From Octopus vulgaris (Eukaryota): 64,000 nt of DNA. The position numbers and the translations under genes were made by a program. This document shows, piece after piece, positions 54,235-64,000 of the stretch. The DNA lies in assembly GCA_951406725.2 (NCBI GenBank), contig OX597816.1, positions 30,194,001 to 30,258,000 on the forward strand, read 5' to 3'. Under the pieces are notes generated by a model. It ran no database searches. It saw only the letters and a program-made list of their open reading frames with translations, and was not told the DNA's origin. Every line of letters begins with the position of its first letter. Within the stretch, counting starts at the first letter, position 1.

Positions 54235-54270
<36 letters not shown>

Positions 54271-54336
54271 TATACATACATACATACATATATACATACA
54301 TACATACATACATACATACATACATACATACATACA

Positions 54337-54367
<31 letters not shown>

Positions 54368-54422
54368 GTGACCTCGTGTGTACCGTTGGCGATTTTTTTT
54401 CCTATGTCTTCCCTTCTCCTAT

Positions 54423-54457
54423 GTTTCCGACGAAGAGCTCCGCTCGAAACGTTAAAC
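54423..54457 (+). ncRNA. Hammerhead-like motif in a Penelope-like repeat (~54368-54558)
   Basis: gttt-CCGACGA-a gagc tcc gctc-GAA-ACGT-T-aaac; stem I differs from sister copies but still pairs. Confidence 0.65.
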
Positions 54458-54555
54458 CCTCCTTCTTCCCTTTTTTCCTGAGCCTCCAATAATACTATAT
54501 TTGTTCCACGTCCTCGCGTTGTTGTGTTTTTTTGTGCTTTCTTGTTTGGATTAAC

Positions 54556-54587
<32 letters not shown>

Positions 54588-55143
54588 CATACATACATAC
54601 ATACATACATACATACATGCATGCATACATGCATACATACATACATACATACATACATACATACATACATACATGTATGTATATTCAAAACATGCACACA
54701 AGCATTAATATTCCTGAATAGACGTGTATGATCAAACGATGAGACAATCATTTATAACTTATGGGTGTATATGTGATGTTATGCTCAGATTAGACTAAAT
54801 GACTTATGTGTAGTTAAAATATATCTCGCAGACAGATGAATGATTAATCATATTATCAACAAAATTCATTGAGGGCGCTGAATATATGCATTATCATAAA
54901 TGTCAATAAAGTCAACTTCTGTAATGATCTGAAGGACACTTTGACCCGTGTCACTTCACACTGTAAAGAGTAAAAGAATAAATGTTTTATTTATGTTGGA
55001 TGTAATTATGTTATTCCTCCAGTGGTTGTAGTCATTTAGCTGAAGCCAAGCTTGTGCTGCAGTAACATTTTAAAGGACATAAACTTCATATCCGACGATT
55101 ACGTAGAACTCGATTCACATCTCGTAAGATGCTTTATAAGAAA

Positions 55144-55503
55144 CTAGCGCTATGACGTGGCAACACGGGGTCATAGTGCTAGTGCATGCATCTACAGCTG
55201 CGTGCGTGCACACATACACGCGAGTACAGTTCAAATCTCCGACTAATCACATACAGCTAGCTGGCATTCAATTGGCGTATCAAGTTTTGGGCATTTTGAT
55301 TAGGTTTTGGATGGAAAATTCACAAAAAAGTCACTTCTATTGATTTTTTAATGGTTTTGTGGGGTGACTGGGGAAATGTAAAGATGTGCACGACCATCCT
55401 TGGACGGTTTTGAATGACCATAGAAAGTTTGAGCCCTCTAACTGAAAAATTGTGGATTTGTATAAAGGACGCACACACAGACATTTTGCCGTTTAGTATT
55501 TGA
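55144..55503 (-). mobile_element. Non-autonomous Helitron-like element
   Basis: Minus-strand 3' end with hairpin gcactatgac..gtcatagcgc and CTAG|T; 5' end approximate. Confidence 0.6.
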
Positions 55504-56928
55504 CTAGTACGTTATTTTGACCTTTTTGGAAGGGATGACAGCTAAAACATCTAAGAAATAGTTTGTGGAGCTAGAATTGCTTGCAGGATATCACTCATTT
55601 TATGCCTTACTGCCATAAGAAATGTACGTTTTGGTCAATTTAGACTGACTGATAAAAAAAAAATAAAACATAGCTGTAATAGGAATACTTTGACAATAAG
55701 CGTGCTCAGTCAATGATAGCCAAATATCGCCTTAAGAAGTGTACATTTTGGTTAATTCGGATTGGATGATAAGAAATAAAGCATGATAGCCGTAACTGGA
55801 ATATTTTTGACCATAGATGTGATCATTCATTCCTGAGCAAAGGCTAAACAACAAAAAACAATAACAACTTATGCTATGATATTTAATGAACACAAAGGCA
55901 ATTTGTTGGCAGAGCAGTTAAAGCGTTGGATCATATTTGAAATTGCAAATCCTATCGAGTGAAACATCGCCTTTTATTGCACCGGAGTCGGTAAGAGAAG
56001 TGCATTGTTTGTCCCCGCTACTGCTTGACAATCAGCATTGGTTTGTTTACGTCCCCATAATGTAGCAGTTCGGCAATAAGAAATTCGATCGAATAAGTAT
56101 CAGGCTTAGAATATTTGTGCTGGTGTTCATTTATTGATTTATTTAATGAACACAAGGTTGGCGCATTGGCAAAGAGGTTAGAGTGTTGGATGGAATGCCT
56201 TGCAGTGTTTGCGGGCGAAAATCCTGTCGAGAACTACATTGCCTTTTATTGCACCAGGGTCAATAAATGAAGTACAGTTCAAAATATTGGATCGATTAAA
56301 TAGACTAACCGTTCTCCTAATTTTCTGACCTTCTGCCTATCTTAGAAATAGCGTTAGCATAAATACATCACCGAAGACCGTGTCTTTGGATTTGCTTAAA
56401 CGATACTGGTGGTCAAATTTGTTAATTGCTCCCTCCTAATTAGAAAAAAAAAATATCCCATTGTTTTTCAACCTATATATGTGAATTTTTTGCATCACTG
56501 AAGACTGTGCCTTTGAATCTTTTCACATCATAATGGTGGACATGATTTATAAATTCCCATGCCTATATAAAAAGGAGTAAAAAAAAATCTTTCTTTTTCT
56601 TTCAAACGGAATCTGTAAAGTCTCTGGGTCTTTTAGGAATAAAAATAAGTGACCCTTGTTTAGTTCTAAAGATTCTTTTGGTAAAGGAAATTTGGCATTT
56701 CCATTATATTATCAGTAGAGTGAATATTTCTCCACCACCCATCTACCTCTTTCTACCCCTTTCATTCCAATGCAATTTACTTTTCTCTTCCTCTCATTTC
56801 TTTCCCTTTGTATCTGTCCTACTTTATTATATATGCACACTCACATACACACATGCACGCATATACATAGTATCAATTATGTATGCTCGCACGTATGTAC
56901 GCGCGCGTGTGTTAATGTTTTTAATATA

Positions 56929-56982
<54 letters not shown>

Positions 56983-56986
56983 TATA

Positions 56987-57213
56987 TATTTCTTTACTAC
57001 CCACAAGGGGCTAAACACAGAGAGGACAAACAAGGACAGACAAACGGATTAAGTCGATTACATCGACTCCAGTGCGTAAGTGGTACTTAATTTATCGACC
57101 CCGAAAGGATGAAAGGCAAAGTCGACCTCGGCGGAATTTGAACCCAGAACGTAACGGCGGACGAAATACGGCTACGCATTTCGCCCGGCGTGCTAACGTT
57201 TCTGCCAGCTCGC
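56987..57213 (-). mobile_element. SINE family B monomer
   Basis: Reverse-complement match. Confidence 0.9.
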
Positions 57214-57644
57214 TGTCATAGACAAAGTTACCTTCTATCATCGATGACATTTTGTGTTGGTGTCATGAAGGAGTAGGGCATCATGTTTTCGGAGGAAGTG
57301 GTAGATACCAAGCAATGAATTAGCAACTAGCGAAGCTTTATGCAAATTAATCCAGCTGGTTTACTTTTAACCCAACGCATTCAGTAGCTTTAAACAGCCA
57401 TAAATTCTAAATCGCTACATAAGCACGTGATTTCTGAGTACGTAATTTCTGACGAGAACCACACAAATTGGAAACTAGACCAATCCAGTACCCATCTTTA
57501 TGTCCAAAGAAGAGATATTAACAAGGCACTTATTTCATTTGCCGTACTTTCTCACCTTTGGCTGAAAATATTCAGTTCAGAGTTTGCCTTAAAGCACATT
57601 TAAAATTTCCCATACACACTGCTTAATACGTCCCATCCCACGTG

Positions 57645-57692
<48 letters not shown>

Positions 57693-57804
57693 CGAGGGAT
57701 GTATGAAAAGTCTTGAGCTTCAAAAAAAAAAAAAAGAACAGGGATGAAGGTATAAGATTTCAAGGCTCAAAGGTTTTGAAGGCTCATAACTTTTCATACA
57801 CCCC

Positions 57805-57807
<3 letters not shown>
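57693..57807. mobile_element. Small mariner-type MITE (~115 bp)
   Basis: TA|cgagggatgtatgaaaagtcttgagc ... gctcataacttttcatacaccccttg. Confidence 0.7.
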
Positions 57808-57859
<52 letters not shown>

Positions 57860-57862
57860 ATA

Positions 57863-58095
57863 CAGGGTTTATCCAAAGTCAACCGACAGTAATTCGTAAT
57901 TCCTTAAATACTATCTGTAATTCTGTATTAACTCGAAAGGAAAATTATGTCGCTCAAGAGGGACTACAGTTTGAATAATTTTCATGATGTTTCATACTTA
58001 GATGCTTTTATGAAATTCATTTAGTTATTAAACATAAATAAATCTTGGAATCAAATGGTTTTGATTTACTGTCAGGTGACTTTTGGCCAACTCTG
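57863..58095. mobile_element. Tc1/mariner-type MITE (~233 bp)
   Basis: TA|cagggtttatccaaagtcaaccgacagtaa ... ttactgtcaggtgacttttggccaactctg|TA. Confidence 0.7.
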
Positions 58096-58289
58096 TATAT
58101 ATCATATATATATATATATATACATACACATGCCCACCAGACTAGTTTACTGGTACTTTGCACGGACTAGTACCTTGTTTTGGACAATATCAATAAACTT
58201 GTGTAATTTTCATTAATGTACAGGTGCTTGTATTTCATTTAATTTATTTAGGTAGATGTAATATGTGTGATTTATTGTACGTTAAGAGG

Positions 58290-58416
58290 CTGTAAAAGAT
58301 CACATTAGAAGAGTTTATCGCTAGTAAAAGCAAGAAATTCTTTGAGCATGGAATAATGAATCTACCCACAAGATTGCATTTCTTGGAAAAGCAAACGAAC
58401 TTTTTGGCCAACCCAA
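58290..58416 (+). mobile_element. Mariner 3' fragment with right TIR
   Basis: KITLEEFIASKSKKFFEHGIMNLPTR transposase C-terminus followed by cgaactttttggccaacccaa. Confidence 0.7.
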
Positions 58417-58418
58417 TG

Positions 58419-58457
<39 letters not shown>

Positions 58458-58951
58458 GTGTGTTACAATAAATGAAAATTGCTTTTGCAAGCAATTATTT
58501 GAAAGTGTAACAACAGGTGACTAATTATAAAGTGGTTGAATCCGTTAATATATTTGGGTTGAGAATGATCATTTCTCGTTGAAAAAATCAAGCGGGGAGG
58601 ATATCTTATCTCTGAACGTAAGGAACCGGGACAAATACTGCAAGGTTTTTTGGCCAACGTTTTGGTGATTCTGACCGTCCACCGCCCTGTACGCGTATAA
58701 GGGTTAAAGTGGCGCGCGTGTATATGAGTGTGCTCGCACACGTGGAGGGGCATGCATGTGTAATTTAAGCCTAGGTCAGCCCCGATCAACAAAATTTATG
58801 ATAAAAGTTGTGGCCATCCTGTCGTTTTGGACATCCAGGACTAATATATCCACTGCGTCTTACCCACCTCACCGTCGGTTTTCTTGTAGGACTTTGAGGT
58901 TTGATTCGAAAGAAACTTTGCTGTTATTTCTTGTATGTTGGACAACCAGAG

Positions 58952-59207
58952 CCGTGGTTCTCAACAATTTTGGCCTATGGACCCCTTTGATTTCTATTTT
59001 ACTCGAGTGGACCCCTGTAGCTATTTGATGCTTTAAAAAGTCCCATTATATTTTTATGATTAAATATTATTAGGAATTATGTAAAAGAAATTGTTAAAAT
59101 ATTTCGTGTATCGTAGAAAATATAAGCGATTTATGGCACATTAATTTTAACAGCAAAATCTTATATGGGCTCTCAAGGGCCATATGGACCCCTGATGAAA
59201 ACCACTG
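58952..59207 (+). mobile_element. hAT (Charlie-like) MITE
   Basis: Termini c(c)gtggttctcaac ... gaaaaccactg; flanks aaccagag/atgtagag (decayed 8-bp TSD); repeated tggacccc motif. Confidence 0.65.
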
Positions 59208-60170
59208 ATGTAGAGATTTCTTCAATGGCCACAGACCATGTAGGGGCTCCTTCATTGCTGTTAAATGGGAGTGCGGTGACAACCATGTTGTTATAAGATG
59301 GGAAAAATAGAGGAATAAAAACTTGGCGTGGATAAAAGAGATGAACTAGGTGGGGTAGAAGAGAATGTAAAGTAAAGCACACAGAGGGGTGTTATGGAGA
59401 GAGGGAGTGGAGGGAAGAGGAGAGAGTTATAGTAGCAGTGGTGGATAAAGATGTGGAGGTGGAAATAAAAGGATATGTTTTGATGGCTTAATGATTGTGT
59501 ATATGTGTATGTGTGGGGAGTGAAGAAAGAGGAAAATTATTGTTGCTGGTGGTGGTGGTGGTGGTGGTGGTGCTATTGCAGTTCCTGTTGATGTCGGCGG
59601 TGTTGGTAGTGGAGAAGGAATTAGGTTGACATTAGTAGAAGGAAGGCGAAGAAGGGAGGGTGGTTGAAAACAGATTTGATGGTTTTGACATAACAGCAAG
59701 TGGGGTGGAGAAATAAAGAGATAGAGGGATCAAACTGAGTGAGAAAGGGAGGAGAGAATTAAAAAAAAAAAAGGGGGAAGATAGACACAAGAGACAAAAC
59801 GAGAGAAGGGGTAAGACTTGTTAAAGAGAACATCAAAGATTTGTATGTGTTTTATGCTGTTGTTTATGTATTACGAGTTTTTGTCTGTTCTTTACTTTTT
59901 CCCCTTTTTTTTTTTGCATAAATAGGTTTCTAACGTTCTCCACTTTTCCCACTCCAATGAAGGGATAAACTTAAGTTCCTCTTCTCTTTACGGCACATAA
60001 TCTTATCTAATTTGGAAAACTTTAAAGTTTCAGGAATGTTGAGTGTATATTTGTTTTAGCTCGCTTTGAAACTTTTTAGTTTCAGGTTCGATCCCACTGC
60101 ACGGCACCTTGGGTAGTGTTCTACTTAGACCCCAAACACAGAGGCACTCACATATATTCATATATACAAA

Positions 60171-60401
60171 GGCGGCGAGCTGGCAGAAACGTTAGCACGC
60201 CGGGCGAAATGCGTGGCCGTTTTTCGTATGCCGTTACGTTCTGAGTTCAAATTCCACCGAGGTCGACTTTGCCTTTCATCCTTTCGGGGTCGATAAATTA
60301 AGTACCAGTTACGCACTGGGGTCGATGTAATCGACTTAATCCCTTTGTCTGTCCTTGTTTGTCTCCTCTGTGTTTAGCCCCTTGTGGGTAGTAAAGAAAT
60401 A
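60171..60401 (+). mobile_element. SINE family B monomer
   Basis: Full-length match. Confidence 0.9.
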
Positions 60402-60429
60402 TATATTCATATATACGAGCATGTATAAA

Positions 60430-60692
60430 TACGACAGGCTTCTTTCAGTTTCCGTCCACCAATCCACTCCCAAGACTTTGGTTGGCACGGAACTACAGTA
60501 GAAGACACTTGTGCGAATGCCATGCAGTGGGACTGAACCCGAAACAAAATGTTTGGGAAGCAAACTTCTTACCACATAGCAATTCTAGCCAGCTTATATG
60601 TGTATATAAATGTGTGTGTGTGTGTGCGTGTGCGCGTGTGTTTCTGTCAATTTGTTCGACTAAACCTTTCAAGATGGTACTCTAACACGGCC

Positions 60693-60787
<95 letters not shown>

Positions 60788-60999
60788 TTGTGCGTCTGTG
60801 TTTGTCCCCCTAGCATTGCTTGACAACCGATGCTGGTGTGTTTACGTCCCGGTCACTTAGCGGTTCGGCAAAAGAGACCGATAGAATAAGTACTGGGCTT
60901 ACAAAGAATAAGTCCCGGGGTCGATTTGCTCGACTAAAGGCGGTGCTCCAGCATGGCCGCAGTCAAATGACTGAAACAAGTAAAAGAGTAAAGAGTAAA
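60430..60999. mobile_element. SINE A fragments: 5' half on - (60430-60580) and 3' half on + (60785-60999)
   Basis: Partial matches separated by microsatellites. Confidence 0.75.
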
Positions 61000-61184
61000 G
61001 AGAGAGAGAGACATGCAGGGAACCTGCTTGGAGGGTTTAGTCGAAGAAAACGATCCCATTAATATTAAGTCGGGAAATAAACAAATGAACAAATGAACAA
61101 ATGTTGTCAAGCGAATACAAGTGTACACCCCTCACACACACACAAATACTCAACCCTCCCACCCCGCAAATGTTCATATAAACA

Positions 61185-61455
61185 GGCAAGTATGGCTGTG
61201 TGGTAAAAAGTTTGCTTCCTAACCATATAGTTTCGGGTTCAGTCCAACTGCATGGAACTTGTGCTTCTACTGTAGTCCAAGTCAATCAAAACCTTGTGGT
61301 TTTGATTTGCTAAGCGGAAACTGAAAGAAGGCCGTCGTTTTTATCCATGTGTATATATTTTTATGTGTGAGTGCCTTTGTATTTTCCTCACCCCCACCGC
61401 TTGACAACTCGCGTTGGTTTGTTTACGACCCCGTAACTTAGCAGTTAAGCAAAGG
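61185..61455 (+). mobile_element. Older SINE A truncated by MITE D
   Basis: Head and body match; stops at the MITE TIR. Confidence 0.75.
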
Positions 61456-61896
61456 GAATCTTTTCGGTTTGAACGGCAGTTTTTTCTAGCAGTGTCATAT
61501 GAAATTATTACCCATAATTATGACCCTAGTATCGATCTATTGCATTTCTATCTCTTTTAGGGTTAGGGTTAGTTAGGGATAGGGTTAGGGTTAGAGGTGG
61601 GGGGAAGGGTATCTTTTTTTTCTTCACAAATGTAAATAAACCCAATCTGTTTCTTAAACGAGGGACATATTCATACGGCACAGAATGTTGTTTACCTCAA
61701 TGGACGTCAGTGATTGGTTGAAATTGCAGAAATTGAAGAAAAAAAACAACAGATATCTTACTAACTATAAAATTTTCTCAATAAAGCCAAGAGAAAAAGA
61801 TGTTTTATAAACACATTCTATCAGTATACGAAGTTCAAAATTTTTTAGTTTCCCTAGAAATTATGTTAAAAACTGCCGTTCAAACCGAAAAGGTCC
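61456..61896 (-). mobile_element. MITE family D
   Basis: Both TIRs (slightly mutated); ttagggttagggttag.. tract ~61556-61600; no TSD retained. Confidence 0.9.
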
Positions 61897-61899
61897 TTT

Positions 61900-62390
61900 T
61901 GTTTTTTCATTCAGTCTCTTTTCTTTTTTGTATTTTTTTCTTCTCTAGTTGATGATAATATCTGTGCGGTTCGCTTTGATCTCTTTGTCATATCTGCAAA
62001 GGCAAGGTCTTAAATTATCGCAGCCATGTCATTGTTCCCATTCACATTATTTCCGGTGCCCTGCTTATGTTGTTTACTTTTCTATTTCGATGTGGAAGTG
62101 TCTGCGTGTTACTCAGTGGATATATTTTCTTACCCGTTCATGTCTACACGGATATAAATTATGGCGATATAAAAAGATGACAGTTGAAAAGGATGTGGTA
62201 GATTGTTTCTGTATACTCATTACGTAATGTGTAGACTATTGTACATAACAACTGATGTTAGCCTCTGCTTTTTTCCAACTCATTCTAGAACATTTTTGTG
62301 ACGATCCGGTTTTGTTTTTAGTTCAGAACCTTCAAACCATTTTTTGGTTTTGATATTGATTTACCGTCTCTCTATCCAGAATTAATTTTT
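61900..62390 (-). mobile_element. Decayed R4/Dong-like non-LTR retrotransposon fragment (zinc-knuckle/RLE region)
   Basis: Reverse translation ETIYHILFNCH, RHERVRKYIH, DKEIKANRTDIII, resembling CCHC, RHD and NRPDI motifs; frameshifted. Confidence 0.6.
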
Positions 62391-62419
62391 GTCAGCCCTT
62401 GTGGCCAATAAAAGAATTA

Positions 62420-62730
<311 letters not shown>

Positions 62731-62731
62731 C

Positions 62732-63290
62732 AGGCGGCAGGCCTGGCAGAAACGTTAGCACGCCTGGCGAAATGCTTAGCCGTATTTTGTCTGCCGTTAC
62801 GTCGACTTTGCCTTTCATCCTTTCGGGGTCGATAAATTAAGTACCAGTTACGCACTGTGGTCGATGTAACCGACTTAATCCGTTTGTCTGTCCTTGTTTG
62901 TCCTCTCTGTGTTTAGCCCCTTGTGGGTAGTAAAGAAATAGGTATTTCGTCTGCCATTACCTTCTGAATTCAAATTCTGCCGAGGTCGACTTTGCCTTTC
63001 ATCCTTTCGGGGTCGATTAAATAGGTACCAGTTACGCACTGGGGTCGATATAATCGGCTTAATCCGTTTATCTGTCCTTGTTTGTCCTTTCTGTGTTTAG
63101 CCCCTTGTGGGTAGTAAAGAAATAGGCGTTTCGTCCGTCGCTACGTTCTGAGTTCAAATTCAGCCGAAATCGACTTTGTCTTTCATTCTTCCAGGGTCGA
63201 TAAATTAAGTACCAATTGCGTACTGTGGTCGCTCCAATCGACTGGCCCCCTCCCACAAAAATTTCGGGCCTTGTGCCTGGAGTAGAAACG
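62732..63290 (+). mobile_element. SINE family B multimer: head, two units, alternative tail
   Basis: Junctions aaagaaatag|g(t/c) at ~62941 and ~63125; first unit lacks the B-box segment. Confidence 0.9.
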
Positions 63291-63606
63291 ATTATTCTTC
63301 TTATTATCTATTCATTTATTTATCTATTTATTTATCAATATATCTATTTATTTATTTGTAGTTATAAGAAGCGTTTTATATATCCATTTTCGCTTTAGAA
63401 ATTACTAATTTTCCCTGATCTCCTTTTAATATGTGTGAATGTGTGTGTGTGTGTGTGCGTACTCATACACGCGTGCACACACACACACGCACAAGTGCAT
63501 GCACACAAATATAGTGTTTTTCCGACTTACATAGTCATACGCGTGATACCTTAGGCAATTATTTTCTATAACTTCGGGTCGACCAAAGCCTTGTAAGTGC
63601 ATTTGG

Positions 63607-63717
<111 letters not shown>

Positions 63718-64000
63718 TTACAAGTACGGTATGTTCTATTATATATTTGATGCCTTATGAAGTGGTAATCAAAGACTCAGTATAATATTCAGAGACGACT
63801 TATCAGGCTCTAAGTAATTGCGTGAGAAGTTATTTGAAATGGCATTAATACCAAACAATAATAAACATTCCTGGTTGAATTTATTTTCCTCTACTTCCAT
63901 GTTGTTTTGCTTGATTAGTGTCAACATTAAATTTAACAGACATTAGAAGTTTAAATAGAAGCATATAAGCCAAATAATTATAATTTATTTCCATGATCAA

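Overview
AT-rich, gene-poor eukaryotic (animal) DNA dominated by microsatellites and interspersed repeats. The repeat set is one I associate with octopus genomes; that assignment is inference, not proven. Almost all listed ORFs are artefacts of microsatellites or SINEs. Supported content: about 20 copies of one tRNA-headed SINE (family A), about 13 of a second (family B, often head-to-tail multimers with a fixed junction), a third SINE (C), two decayed DD34D mariner transposons, several Tc1/mariner, pogo and hAT MITEs, four copies of a ~430-bp TIR element with 8-bp TSDs and an internal TTAGGG tract, two non-autonomous Helitron-like elements, LINE fragments and a 5S rRNA pseudogene. The most striking signal is a set of type-I hammerhead ribozyme motifs from at least five unrelated sequence families. 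They have palindromic stem III and lie in short non-coding, Penelope-like segments embedded in simple repeats. There is also a tentative minus-strand two-exon gene start (25489-25419 joined to 13640-13579) and a triple AGGTCA-N6-TGACCT palindrome array. All calls and coordinates are by eye; repeat boundaries are approximate.
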